64,000 nt of DNA from Dictyostelium discoideum (lineage: Eukaryota), in NCBI GenBank assembly GCA_000004695.1, contig CM000152.2, positions 1,952,001-2,016,000 on the forward strand, given 5' to 3'. Below the pieces are notes generated by a model. It did not search any database. It was not told the origin of the DNA and worked only from the letters and a program-made list of their open reading frames with translations. Every line of letters starts with the position of its first letter. Within the stretch, counting starts at the first letter, position 1. Positions 10,704 through 22,767 of this stretch are shown here, piece after piece. Made by a program: the position numbers and the translations under genes.

Positions 10704-10968
10704 TGATGAAATATATGACCACATGGTAATTTTTTAGCGGTAACCATTCTATCTCTACAAATTGCACAATCATCATTATAATTCTCTAAATCTTTTTCAC
10801 CTACATTTGGATAACAATTATCCATATCTGAAGTTAATTTACAATAGTTTCTATATGCTGTAATCTTTCTATTTAAATTTCCAAACACCATCTTAAAGTA
10901 GAAAAACATTACAACATGTAATAAAGTTGGTGTAAACCCTTGAATAATAATAATATGAATTAAATGTG
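10704..10968 (-). CDS. hrd1: Hrd1 exon 5, includes the first half of the RING-H2: DDCAICRDRMVTAKKLPCGHIFH
   Basis: T10AG acceptor. GTATGT donor, phase 2. Matches Hrd1 CIICREEMVTGAKRLPCGHIFH. Confidence 0.8.
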
Positions 10969-11064
10969 CTAAAAAAAAAATAAAAAATAAAAAATAAAAA
11001 ATAAAAAAATTAGTGAATTAAATTATAAAAGTATATAATAAAAATAAAAATAACAATAACATAC

Positions 11065-11218
11065 CACAAGTTCCTGCTAAAATTACTGAATCTGTTGAAA
11101 ACTCTGTATAATAAATATATTGTCCTCTTTTATCCCAAACATCTTCTGATGATAAATCGAATAAATGAATTGAATATTTAATCAATGTTTGAACAGTTTC
11201 AAAAAATATTGTAAAACA
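11065..11218 (-). CDS. hrd1: Hrd1 exon 4 CFTIFFETVQTLIKYSIHLFDLSSEDVWDKRGQYIYYTEFSTDSVILAGTC
   Basis: TTTAAAG acceptor. GTATGT donor (phase 1). Homology. Confidence 0.7.
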
Positions 11219-11225
11219 CTTTAAA

Positions 11226-11320
<95 letters not shown>

Positions 11321-11412
11321 TTAATAATAATAATAATAATAATAATAATTAAAGTTAGTAAAACAAAATGAAATTATAATAATTTTTAATTAATTAATTA
11401 ATATCAACTTAC

Positions 11413-11568
11413 TTCAAAATTTAATAACATTAAATTTGATAGACCCTCACCAAAGAAATAAGTAATTGAGAAATAAAACCAAATTAAATCACTAATTAAA
11501 ATACCAACTAATAACATCAATAACTTTAAATGAATTTTTGCATGGGTATTTGGTAAAAATGTATTCAA
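11413..11568 (-). CDS. hrd1: Hrd1 exon 3 LNTFLPNTHAKIHLKLLMLLVGILISDLIWFYFSITYFFGEGLSNLMLLNFE
   Basis: TTATAG acceptor. GTAAGT donor. Aligns with human NISWLFHCRIVSLMFLLGILDF. Confidence 0.7.
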
Positions 11569-11833
11569 CTATAATAATATTATTATTATTATTTGATATT
11601 ATTATTATTATTATTTGATATTATTATTATTTATTTATTATTTATTATTTATTTTAAAATTTCAATAAAAATAAAGTAAATAATGGATTTTGTATTTTGT
11701 TTTTTTTTTTTTTTATTTTATTTTATTTTATAAAATTATGGTGATGAAAAGATTAAACAATATTAATATTAGATGTAAAAAATTATAATATATAAAGTCA
11801 TACCTGTTGTTGTTGTTTATTCCTAACACTTAC

Positions 11834-11995
11834 ATAATCAAATCTGTCTCTTGATAATAGGGAAAATAATTTTAAGCAACATAAAATTGAAAACCAAAAT
11901 CCCCAAACTAATAATGATCCTAATTCTGGTTCTTTAGCTGCAAATATAAAAATTAATTTTGAAACTACATATGTCCATAATCTATCATTAAAATT
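11834..11995 (-). CDS. hrd1: Hrd1 exon 2 NFNDRLWTYVVSKLIFIFAAKEPELGSLLVWGFWFSILCCLKLFSLLSRDRFDY
   Basis: AAATAG acceptor. GTAAGT donor. Homology to human LAEDRVDFM. Confidence 0.7.
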
Positions 11996-12000
11996 CTATT

Positions 12001-12032
<32 letters not shown>

Positions 12033-12196
12033 TTAAAAAAAAATTAAAAAAAAAAGGTATGGTGTTAATAATATAGAATGGTGAATATGTGTGTGTGTGT
12101 GTGTGTGCAATTTAAACTGTGATAAAAAATAAAAAAAGATAAAAAAAAGATAAAAAAAAAAAAAAAAAGATAAAAAAATAATAATATAAAACTTAC

Positions 12197-12457
12197 TCTT
12201 GCTTCAATGTCTCTAAGTTGTCCAAAAAATAAGTATTGTATAAATTTACCAAAAACTATTAAAAGAGTGAAAATTGTATTGATTATTATAACTAAATTTA
12301 TATAATTATCAAAGAATAACTCTTTTATTCCAATTGGTTGCCTTAATTCACCCTGTATATTTTGAATATTTGTATTTACAATGATATTGGCAATGCATGC
12401 TGAAAATAACAACACGCTTAATGTGACATAAACCGGTATCGGTATATAAATATTCAT
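12197..12457 (-). CDS. hrd1: Hrd1/synoviolin-type ERAD E3 ligase exon 1. TM helices and the conserved FGQLRDIEAR motif
   Basis: Match to the Hrd1 N-terminal motif (human VFFGQLRAAEMEHL). GTAAGT donor at 12196. Confidence 0.8.
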
Positions 12458-12493
12458 ATGGTCTTGATGATATTTACAAAAAATATATAGTTT

Positions 12494-12528
<35 letters not shown>

Positions 12529-13097
12529 CAAAATAAAAAAAAAAACTGCATATAAAGATTTAATCTATTTTGATTATTACTATTACTATTACTATTAATT
12601 ATAAGATTGATTTTGATACTATTATTATTATTATACTATTATTATAATGATTTGATATTGATATTTGTTAGAATAGTTATAACTTTTGAATATTTTTTTT
12701 TTTTTATTTGTTCTAAAATAATTTTATTCTGTTAATGTTTTTTCTTTTTTTTTTTTTTTTTTTTTTATAAATTCTTTAATTTTTTTTTTTTTTTTTAAAA
12801 AAAAATAATAAAATTATTACTATTATAATAATAATATTGTAATATTGTAAATTAAAAAAAAAAAAAAAAATAATAAAAAAAAAAAATGAAAATTTTAAAT
12901 TAAATTGAAAAAAAAAAAAAATAAAAAATAAAAAAAAAAAAAATAAAAATAAAAATAAAAAAATTAAAAAAATTGGGTTGGTCCAATGATTTTGAAACCA
13001 CCATCAAATTAATTTTATCAAGTGATTCATTGAATGAAAAATCATTTTCTTTACCAAAATAATAATTTTTAATAAAAAAAATAATAAAAATAAAAAT

Positions 13098-13129
<32 letters not shown>

Positions 13130-13449
13130 CCAAAATAAAAAAAAACAATATAAATATATATAAGATTCTATTTATATATATTTTACTATATTTAAATAAG
13201 ATCTTATTTAATATGTATACATACATAATACAATGAAAGTTTGATTGATAATTTGAATTTATCATGATTTTTTTTTTTTTTTTTTTTTTTTCTTAGAATG
13301 ATAATTCTTTTTTGAAATTTTAATTTTAGTTTTAATTTTAATTTTTTTTTTATGTTTATTTTTTTTTTTTTTTTTTTCGATTTTTTTTTTTTTTAACATA
13401 AAAACTAAATTTTTTTCTATTTTTTATTTTTATTTTTTCTCAAAACAAA

Positions 13450-16400
13450 ATGGATGGTAATAATAATAATAATATTAATAATTATTGTAATAATGAAAAA
13501 CTTTTTTTCAGAGTTTTTCATAATGTTTATATTAGAAATTTAATATTTCATCACCTAAGAACAATGGAGATTGAATTTAAAGAAAATAAAAATTATATTG
13601 GTAATAGAGTCCCATTCAAATTTATGTGTTTAGGAAAAATATCAAAAACAAATCAATGGCCATTATTAATATATAAATTAAATTCAATTAAAAATAATGA
13701 ATCACAACAAGAACAACAAGAACAAGAACAACAAGAACAACTAGAACAACAACAATCACAAGAAGAAGAAAATAAATTTGAAGAATTAATAATTTCAAAA
13801 AAGTGTTTTTATTCATTTATTAAAAATGTAAATGATGAAACAATAATTGAACTATTATTTGAAAAGAGATTAAATCAAATTTTAAAACAATATCAACTCT
13901 ATTCAAATAAATTCTTGGAAATGTTATTTAAAAACTATCTTCCAAATAATGATTGTACATTTATGAGATATTATTTAAATGATGGTATATTATATAATGG
14001 TAATGGTAATGGTAGTGGTAATGGTAGTGGTGGTGGTAGTAGTAGTACTAGCAATTATAAACAAGAGAAGGAATTAATAAAATCACAAATTCTTAATAGG
14101 AGAAAGGAAGCCTTACTTCGTTACTTTATTTTACATTCAAAGAGTATCAAAGATATCGAGTTTTTAGATAATTTATTAAAAGATCAACAATTTAAAGATT
14201 CATTTTTAGTAGAAATTCAAAAATTAGTTAAAGAAATAACATATAATCTTGAAAGAAATCCATTGAAATATGGAGGTTTAGGATTGGATTATATTATTGA
14301 AAATGATTATATCAATTCACAAAATATCAATGAAATAGACCTAAGATCATTATTAATTTATTTAATTAAATGGTCATCAGTACACATTAATAAAAATAAA
14401 ATCAGTCATTCAAGATCTTTAAAAAATTTAAAATCAATTTTAAATAAATTTGGTGAATCAAAAGGTATAAATGAGTCAGTATTAAAAACAACAATTTTAG
14501 AAAACTGTGTAACTTATAATAATCTTCAAGTTGCTAAAAGTTTAATTGAACAATCTTCAACAACAACAACACCATCAACAACAATAACTATTTCACCAAA
14601 TATTGATGATTTAGTATTTCTAATTAAGTTTAGTAAAAACTGTTCAGTGGATACCACTTCATTTTTAAGTTTATTCTTATCAAATAAAAGTCAATTAATT
14701 GATAAACCGATGGATGTATATGAAAGTTTATTTGAAATTTCAATTAATTCAATTGGAAAAAGAACTCTTTTACTTCAAATACTTTTAGATTCAAATATCT
14801 ATAGATGTAATGAACCAATAATTAAATTTCAATCATTTATTGACCACTTTAATGAAGATCAAAAAATTGAAATCGCAACTAAAAAATTAATTCAAATAAT
14901 TGATGAACAAACTATGAATAATCATATTAAAGAAATTTTAAACAATGGTGGTTATTATCAAGATCAATTATTCTCAAAAAGTTTTGAAATTTATTTAAAT
15001 TATCATTTCAATGAATCAAATTATATTGGTGTCAATACATTTAATGAAAAAGATTTCAATTATAATAATAATAATAATAATAATGATAATAATGAAATTA
15101 AATCTGAAGAAGATACAAATTTCATTAGACAATTATTTTTAATTAAAATGTTGGAAAGAGATGATTTTGAAACTATTAAATTAAAATTAACAAATGTTAA
15201 ACCAGGTTCAATAGTAGCATCAACAATAGTTAATTTAATATTTGATTTACTTAAAGTAAAGAAAAGTTTTACAAAAAATTTAAAACCAATCTTATCAAAT
15301 TACCAACAATTGAAATGGTTAATTGATTTTGATCTACATTCAAATAAAATCATAACATTATCAACAACATGTTTTGAATCAATAGATTGTCATTTATTTA
15401 CAATGGACGAAAAAATGGATTTAATTAATAGAATTTTGAAATTAAAGAAATCAACAACTATTACAACTTATAATTATGAAGTTTTACCAATACCAGATAC
15501 AAACACTACTACCACCACTGTCACCACCACTGCCACCACTGATATTGCAAATGATGAAACTTCAAATAAGATTACCACTGGTGATGATACTTCAGCAGCA
15601 ACAACCAATAAAACAACTGGTATTCCTTGTAAAACAAAGAATGAACCAATTCTTCCAATTTCAATTAAATCGGGAGCAGTTTTAGCATCTACAACTACTA
15701 AAGAAATTCAATTGATAAGTGGAGATTCAATAATTCCTATTTTATATCCATTTGAATTTAATGATTATGAAAATGATTGTATGCAATTCTTTAATAGATT
15801 TCAAAGTATTTCAACTAGTCCAAGTAATTTAGCATTGATTGTAAAGAGTTTTATTCATTTAAATGCAACACCAAATTGTGATATAAGTTACTTTCAACAA
15901 ATTAAAAATGAAATAATTAAAAACCCAAATTTAACATCTTGTTTTCATACAATGAGAGTTAATGGTAAATGTTTATGTTGTAATGAGCCTGGAAACATTA
16001 GATTTAAAAAAGTACTCAATCCAAATATTACAATTGACAAAATTAATTCATTCATTAAAGATTTAAAAGAAATAATACTTGAATTGATTTCTTTTGAAAT
16101 TTATGGTAACTTTAATCAATTAAATAATAATAGCAATAATGTTATTCCAGAGAAATATAAATTCACATTATTAGAAGCAATGTTTGTATTTATAAATGAT
16201 CAATCAATTTTAAAAACAGCCTTATTAGAAGATTCAACATCAATTCATTTAAATGCTTCAATTTTATCAAGTTATATTTCAAAATTAACTTGGGAAACTC
16301 ATTGGGATCTATTTGAACTTATCATTAAAAATCATAAAGAATTTAATTTAGATTTAAAGAAAATTAATCCATTTTCAATTTTAGAACAAACTATTAAATT

Positions 16401-17859
16401 AGATTCACCATTTAAAATCATTCAACTTTTAATTGATTTTATAAATGATTCAATTTATAATAATAATAATAATAATAACAATAATAATAATAATTTTGGT
16501 AATGATAATATTAATAATAATAATGGATTATTTAAACAACTTTCATATCAATCAGTTGATACTTTATTAAAAAAGAAACCAATTAACTCAATAAGAAATG
16601 CATTTAAATTATTATTATTAAATTATAAGTTATTCGATTGGAAAGATGAATTAATTTCACCATTATCATTCTCGACAATAATAAATGATCTAGAAAGTGG
16701 CAATGAAATTCAAGATGAAACTTTAAAAAGTTTATTTAGAAATTATAAAAAAAATTTATTTTCTCGAAACCCAAAAAAATCTAAATTTATGAATGATCTT
16801 GAAATGCAAGAATTAACTGAAGATTTAGGAAAAATGAAAATGGATCCATCTTTAATTGGAGGTATTGCTGATAAAAATATTCAAACCACTACCACCACCA
16901 ATAATAATAATAATAACAGTAATATTAATAATAATCACAATGATAACAGTGGTAATAATAATAATAATAATAATATAAAGATTGCAAGTTTATTTGATAA
17001 TAGTGCCAATAGTAGTACTAGCAGTACCATTTCAAAAAATAAATCTTCACCATTATCAAATAAGAAGAAAATTCCAACAAAAACTAATTCAAATTCTCAA
17101 AATTTTAATTTTAATTTTAATTCTTCACCAACAACAACAACATCAACAACAGCATCTTTCACTTTTTCTCCATTCTCTTCCAATTCTCCTATTTCCTCCC
17201 CTTTTTCTACTCCCTCATCTCCATTTGATTTCAATAAATCAACAACATCTGCAACTTCGACAGAAGCAACTTCATCTACATTTAATTTCAATTTATTACC
17301 AGCAACAACAACAACAATATCACCAAATAAAACAACAACAACAACAACATCGCCATTTAATTTCAATTTATTATCAACACCAGAAAAATCCAACTCTCCT
17401 TTTAAAAGTACTTTGACTTTTTCACCATCACCATCATCACCCTCGCTATTACTTTCAAATTCATCAGCTCCATTAATTTCATCCACAGTTCAACCACCAC
17501 CTCCAATATCATCACCATCATCAATTACTAACATAAATGAATCACCTTTAAAAATAACAAAAAATATTCCAAAAGAAAGATTTGATTTATTAATTAACAA
17601 TTTAATAACTAAAGGAAAATTATTTAAAGCAAGGGAATATATTTTAAAATACAGTGATCATAAGTTTGATTTAGTTAAAATTAGTTATGAACATGCAAAA
17701 AAAATAGTCAAATATTGTGAAAAAGACATTGTGGAAATCTTTAAGAAATATTTCAGTCTATCTAAATACCAAAAAACCATCTTGGTCGATATTACCAAAG
17801 AAAGAAGAAAGGATTTAATTCCTCTTTTTGTTGATTTCGCTCAAGAAAAAAAAAAATAG
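13450..17859 (+). CDS. Large (1469 aa) protein of unknown function, apparently single exon. Poly-N/Q tracts and a Ser/Thr/Pro-rich tail
   Basis: Uninterrupted ORF. ATG in AAAATGG context. No recognisable catalytic motif. Confidence 0.6.
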   Translation: MDGNNNNNINNYCNNEKLFFRVFHNVYIRNLIFHHLRTMEIEFKENKNYIGNRVPFKFMCLGKISKTNQWPLLIYKLNSIKNNESQQEQQEQEQQEQLEQQQSQEEENKFEELIISKKCFYSFIKNVNDETIIELLFEKRLNQILKQYQLYSNKFLEMLFKNYLPNNDCTFMRYYLNDGILYNGNGNGSGNGSGGGSSSTSNYKQEKELIKSQILNRRKEALLRYFILHSKSIKDIEFLDNLLKDQQFKDSFLVEIQKLVKEITYNLERNPLKYGGLGLDYIIENDYINSQNINEIDLRSLLIYLIKWSSVHINKNKISHSRSLKNLKSILNKFGESKGINESVLKTTILENCVTYNNLQVAKSLIEQSSTTTTPSTTITISPNIDDLVFLIKFSKNCSVDTTSFLSLFLSNKSQLIDKPMDVYESLFEISINSIGKRTLLLQILLDSNIYRCNEPIIKFQSFIDHFNEDQKIEIATKKLIQIIDEQTMNNHIKEILNNGGYYQDQLFSKSFEIYLNYHFNESNYIGVNTFNEKDFNYNNNNNNNDNNEIKSEEDTNFIRQLFLIKMLERDDFETIKLKLTNVKPGSIVASTIVNLIFDLLKVKKSFTKNLKPILSNYQQLKWLIDFDLHSNKIITLSTTCFESIDCHLFTMDEKMDLINRILKLKKSTTITTYNYEVLPIPDTNTTTTTVTTTATTDIANDETSNKITTGDDTSAATTNKTTGIPCKTKNEPILPISIKSGAVLASTTTKEIQLISGDSIIPILYPFEFNDYENDCMQFFNRFQSISTSPSNLALIVKSFIHLNATPNCDISYFQQIKNEIIKNPNLTSCFHTMRVNGKCLCCNEPGNIRFKKVLNPNITIDKINSFIKDLKEIILELISFEIYGNFNQLNNNSNNVIPEKYKFTLLEAMFVFINDQSILKTALLEDSTSIHLNASILSSYISKLTWETHWDLFELIIKNHKEFNLDLKKINPFSILEQTIKLDSPFKIIQLLIDFINDSIYNNNNNNNNNNNNFGNDNINNNNGLFKQLSYQSVDTLLKKKPINSIRNAFKLLLLNYKLFDWKDELISPLSFSTIINDLESGNEIQDETLKSLFRNYKKNLFSRNPKKSKFMNDLEMQELTEDLGKMKMDPSLIGGIADKNIQTTTTTNNNNNNSNINNNHNDNSGNNNNNNNIKIASLFDNSANSSTSSTISKNKSSPLSNKKKIPTKTNSNSQNFNFNFNSSPTTTTSTTASFTFSPFSSNSPISSPFSTPSSPFDFNKSTTSATSTEATSSTFNFNLLPATTTTISPNKTTTTTTSPFNFNLLSTPEKSNSPFKSTLTFSPSPSSPSLLLSNSSAPLISSTVQPPPPISSPSSITNINESPLKITKNIPKERFDLLINNLITKGKLFKAREYILKYSDHKFDLVKISYEHAKKIVKYCEKDIVEIFKKYFSLSKYQKTILVDITKERRKDLIPLFVDFAQEKKK

Positions 17860-17950
17860 TAAAAAAATAAAAAAAAAAATAATAAATAAAAACACAATAA
17901 TAAAGATAAACAAATAAAGATAGAGATAAAATTAAAAATAAATATAAAAA

Positions 17951-17984
<34 letters not shown>

Positions 17985-18489
17985 AAATCAAATTGGTATG
18001 TTCAATTATTTTGGGGAATATTAAGAAAAGAATCAAATGATAAAGATTTTATTTTTTTCTTTTTTTTTTTTTTTTTTTTATTTTTTCTTTTTTTTTTTTT
18101 TTTAAAATGATTTCTTCATTGAGTTTAATAATACTATTGAAAATGCAAAAACGATGGATTGGAAAATTTAATGATTTTTAGTGTGTGTGATGATTTCAGC
18201 GCAAAAAAAAACAAAACCACCAATCACCAAAAAAGATTTTTAAAAAAAAAAAAACAATGTTTTTTTATTTTCACTTTTTTTTTTATTTTTATTTTATTTT
18301 ATTTTTATTTTTATTTTTTTTTTTTTTGTGATTTTTTTTTTTTTTTCAAACCATTCGTTTCAAATAAAAAGCACGCTCAAAAACAATCAATTTTTTTTTT
18401 TTTTTTTAGTTAATCATTCATATTTGTACTTTTATTAAAAAAAAATAATAAACAAATAATTACTAAAAAAAAAAAAAAACAATTAAAAA

Positions 18490-18549
18490 ATGATTGGAAC
18501 AATTGCAGTTTTAGTAATTGCTATTTTAGTAATTTTTGCTTTCAAAAAG
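18490..18549 (+). CDS. cyp51: CYP51 (sterol 14-alpha-demethylase) exon 1 MIGTIAVLVIAILVIFAFKK (membrane anchor)
   Basis: GTATGA donor. TTTTTTTTAG acceptor at 18654. Confidence 0.75.
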
Positions 18550-18654
18550 GTATGACCATTTATTTTTTTTTTTTTTTTTTATTTTTTTTTTTTTTTATTT
18601 TAAAATGTCTTCCAAAAACTAATATTTTTAATATATTTTTAATTTTTTTTTTAG

Positions 18655-19995
18655 AGTCCAAGTAATATTCCACCAATTGTTGAAACCATTCCATTCATCG
18701 GATGTTTTTATCAATTTGCAAAGAATCCATTACAATTAGTTCGTAATAGTTATGATAGATTAGGTGAAATTTTCACACTCCATTTAATGGGATTCAAAAT
18801 GACATTTGTTCTTGGACCAGAGGCACAAGCATTATTTTTCCGTGGTACCGATGAAGAACTCTCACCAAAGGAAGCTTATAGATTTGTAACACCAGTATTT
18901 GGTAAAGGTGTTGTCTATGATAGTGAAACAGAGATTATGTATGAACAACTTCGTTTCGTAAAGAATGGTTTAGTTTTATCACAATTGAAGAAAGCAGTTG
19001 GTATCATTCAAGAAGAGACTGAAAAATATTTCGAAACTAAATGGGGTGATTCAGGTGAAATCGATCTTTTATATGAAATGAATAAACTTACCATTCTCAC
19101 TGCATCTCGTTGTCTTATGGGTAAATCAATCAATAAATCATTGGGTCAATCAGGTCAACTCGCTGACTTGTACCACGAATTGGAAGAAGGTCTCAATCCA
19201 ATTTCATTCTTTTTCCCAAATCTCCCATTACCATCATTCAAAAAGAGAGACGCTGCCCGTGCTAAAGTCGCCGCCATTTTCCACTCTATCATTCAAGAAC
19301 GTAGACGTTCAACTGACGATAGTGTCGATGATGTCCTCTACACCCTCATGAACTCCAAATACAAAGATGGTTCAGTCCTCGAAGATGAACAAATCGTTGG
19401 TCTCATGATTGGTTTATTATTCGCCGGTCAACATACCTCTTCAATCACCCTTACTTACACCATTTTCTACCTCCTCAACAATTTAGAATATTTCGATGAA
19501 ACTCAAAAGGATATCAATGATATCGTTCAAAAAGAGAATCAAGGCGAAATCAATTTCGATGGTCTCAAGAGAATGAATCGTTTGGAAACTGTAATTCGTG
19601 AAGTTCTTCGTCTTCATCCACCTTTAATTTTCCTCATGAGAAAAGTTATGACTCCAATGGAATACAAAGGTAAAACTATCCCAGCCGGTCACATCCTTGC
19701 TGTTTCACCACAAGTAGGTATGCGTTTACCAACTGTCTACAAGAACCCAGATAGTTTTGAACCAAAACGTTTCGATGTTGAAGATAAAACTCCATTCAGT
19801 TTCATTGCTTTCGGTGGTGGTAAACATGGTTGTCCAGGTGAAAATTTCGGTATCCTCCAAATTAAAACCATTTGGACTGTTCTCTCCACTAAATATAATT
19901 TAGAAGTTGGTCCAGTTCCACCAACTGATTTCACTTCTTTAGTTGCTGGTCCAAAAGGTCCATGTATGGTTAAATATTCAAAGAAACAAAAATAA
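18655..19995 (+). CDS. cyp51: CYP51 exon 2. Contains the conserved [20 protein letters not shown]-helix, ETLRLHPP and the heme-binding [14 protein letters not shown]
   Basis: Strong collinear similarity to human or fungal CYP51 across the whole exon. Confidence 0.9.
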
Positions 19996-20183
19996 AATTT
20001 TTAAAAAACTTATAATTTAAATTATTAAAAAAAAAAAAAAAAAAAAAAATTATTTATTTTGATCATCTTTTTTTTTTTTTTTTTGATTGTGATCACCATT
20101 TTTTTTTTATTTTTTTTATTTTTTTATTTTTTTATTTTTTATTTTTTAATTGAAAATTGTGATCATACACATAATCAAAAGTT

Positions 20184-20537
20184 ATGTCATCAAAGAGAAA
20201 AAGTCAAATTACCAATACCAATGGTAATGGTAGTGATAGTAAAAAAAAAATTGAAACAGAATATATAACTAGAAATAAAAGAATAAATGATACATATAAA
20301 TCAACAATTTTTGTATTTTCATTATTTTTCATTAGTTCAATTTTATCAGCAATTTATAATAGAATTTTAGATTGTGATGAATATATGAATTATTGGGAAC
20401 CAACTCATTATTTATTATATAATAAAGGTTTACAAACATGGGAATACAGTCCAACTTATTCATTAAGATCATATGCATATTTATTACTTCATGCTTTTAT
20501 GGGAAGATTATTAAACCCTTTTTCAAATGGAAATAAA
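20184..20537 (+). CDS. alg9: ALG9 alpha-1,2-mannosyltransferase exon 1 (DCDEYMNYWEPTHYLLYNKGLQTWEYSPTYSLRSYAYLLLHA)
   Basis: Signature DCDE(T/V)FNYWEP motif of ALG9. GTAAAT donor. Confidence 0.85.
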
Positions 20538-20559
20538 GTAAATAAAATCAATATATTTA

Positions 20560-20619
<60 letters not shown>

Positions 20620-20657
20620 TAAATCATATATATATATATTAATAATTATATTTTTAG

Positions 20658-20817
20658 ATAATATTATTTTATTTAATTAAAATTGGAATTGGATTTTTTA
20701 CATCAATTGCTCAAACTATATTCTATAGAGGTGTTAAAAATATGTTTGGTAGAGAAATTTCAAGATATACTTTAATATTTATGTTATTTTCACCAGCTTT
20801 CTTTTTATCAGGTTCAA
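20658..20817 (+). CDS. alg9: ALG9 exon 2
   Basis: TTTTTAG acceptor. GTAAGT donor (phase 1). Confidence 0.7.
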
Positions 20818-20898
20818 GTAAGTAAAGGTGGAAAAATAATAAAAATAAAAATAATAAATAATATTAATTTTTTTTTTATTTTTTTTTTTTATTAAAAG

Positions 20899-21365
20899 AC
20901 TTTTTACCAACAAGTTTTTCAATGACAACATTTATGGCAGCATATGGATTTTGGATGTTATATCAATCATCATCAACACCATTATCAGCATTATCACCAA
21001 ATGAATCATCTAATGAAGCTATTTATTCAGTATTTTTAAGTGCAACATCAGTATTCATGGGATGGCCATTTGTAATTGTATTGGTTATACCAATTGCATT
21101 GAATTTAATGATTAGAAATGGTTTTTTAAAAGTTTTCATGTGGGCATTGTTACCAGTTATTGCAGTTTTTATACCAATGATTTTAATTGATTATCAATAT
21201 TATGGAAAATGGGTAATTGCAATTTATAATATTATTGCCTATAATTTCACTTCAAATCATAGTGGTGGTTCTCAATTATATGGTATTGAAGATTGGCCAT
21301 TCTATTTCATAAATTCATTTGTTAATTATAATATTGTATTTTTATTTTCATTATTAACCATTCCA
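20899..21365 (+). CDS. alg9: ALG9 exon 3 (NFLPTSFSMTTFMAAYGFW...LLTIP)
   Basis: AAAAG acceptor. GTAAGT donor. Collinear with human ALG9. Confidence 0.75.
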
Positions 21366-21447
21366 GTAAGTAAACAATTGTTTTTAAACACATACACACA
21401 CATATAAATTAATTAAATTATTAATAACTTTTTATTATTTTATAAAG

Positions 21448-21991
21448 TTATTAATAATTTTTAGAAAATGGAGTGGTAGTTTAAAAAATTTAACAATGGT
21501 TTCAATAATTTATACATTATGTCCATATTATATTTGGTTTGGATTTATGACATATTTACCACATAAAGAAGAAAGATTCCTTTTCGTAATTTATCCATTC
21601 ATTGCATTGGCAGGTTCAATCTCATTTTATATTGGTTTAAATATTTTAAATGCAATAATTTTAAAAATTAGTGGTGGTGGTGCTGGTGGTAGTGATATTA
21701 AAAATAAGAAAAAAAATGATGATTTTAAATTAAAAAGTAAACAACAACAACATTATAATGTTAATATTTATCATGGTTTTGTTAATTTCATTAAATATTT
21801 AATTATCATCTGTTTCATTTTATTATCAGTCTCTAGAATTTATTCAACTTATGTAAATTATACTGCTCCATTCAATACATTAACTCATTTAAATAATAAT
21901 GTATTATTAAATGGTAATATTTCAATTTCAAATTTTTCAAAAAATAATAATATTTTAAAATCAAATAATAATAATAATAATAATAAAAGTG
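21448..21991 (+). CDS. alg9: ALG9 exon 4 (LLIIFRKWSGSLKNLTMVSIIYTLCPYYIWFGFMTYLPHKEERFLF...)
   Basis: Acceptor TATAAAG at 21447 chosen because it keeps frame and alignment length to human HPYWLTLAPMYIWF...PHKEERFLF. GTAAGT donor (phase 1). Confidence 0.65.
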
Positions 21992-22082
21992 GTAAGTTTA
22001 TAATTATTTTATTTTTTATTTTATTTTTTTATTTTTATTAATTACTAATTTAATTACTAATTTAATTTTTTTTAATATTTAG

Positions 22083-22288
22083 TAAATATTTGTATTGGTA
22101 AAGAATGGCATAGATATCCATCAAATTTCTTTTTACCAAATGATAATAATGAAATTGAATTTAATCTTAAATTTATAGAATCTGATTTTAAGGGTCATTT
22201 ACCAAAACCATTTTCAACATTACCAAATGGAACTGCAATTATTCCAACAAATATGAATGATCAAAACAAACAAGAATTTGATAGATAT
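22083..22288 (+). CDS. alg9: ALG9 exon 5 VNICIGKEWHRYPSNFFLPNDNNEIEFNLKFIESDFKGHLPKPF...
   Basis: Matches human VNVCVGKEWYRFPSSFLLP...RGQLPKPF. GTAAGC donor. Confidence 0.8.
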
Positions 22289-22386
22289 GTAAGCAAAAAA
22301 AAAAAAATTAAAATAACAATAACATAATAAAATAATTAACAATTCTTTTTTTTTTTATTTTTTTTTTTTTTATTTTTATTTTTTAG

Positions 22387-22605
22387 ATTAAACCAAATGA
22401 ATGTAGTTATATTATCGATTTTGATTCACCAACACAAAATGAAGAACATTATGTTAATGATACTTCAAATTGGAAAGTAATTTATTCTACAAAGTTTTTA
22501 GATGCAGCAGCTTCGACTAGCTCGTTGTATCGTGCTTTTTGGATTCCAAAATTGTCAAACCAAAAAAATGTCTATAATAACTATTACATTTTAGAAAAAA
22601 TATAA
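22387..22605 (+). CDS. alg9: ALG9 exon 6, C-terminus ...SSLYRAFWIPKLSNQKNVYNNYYILEKI*
   Basis: TTTTTTAG acceptor. Matches human SKLLRAFYVPFLSDQYTVYVNYTILKP. Confidence 0.8.
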   Translation: MKPNECSYIIDFDSPTQNEEHYVNDTSNWKVIYSTKFLDAAASTSSLYRAFWIPKLSNQKNVYNNYYILEKI

Positions 22606-22663
22606 AATAAAATAATTTGAAGTAGAAAATAGAGAGAGGGAGAGAGAATAATTTGAACCAATT

Positions 22664-22700
<37 letters not shown>

Positions 22701-22709
22701 TGTATATGT

Positions 22710-22748
<39 letters not shown>

Positions 22749-22767
22749 TTTTTTTTTTTAATATTTT

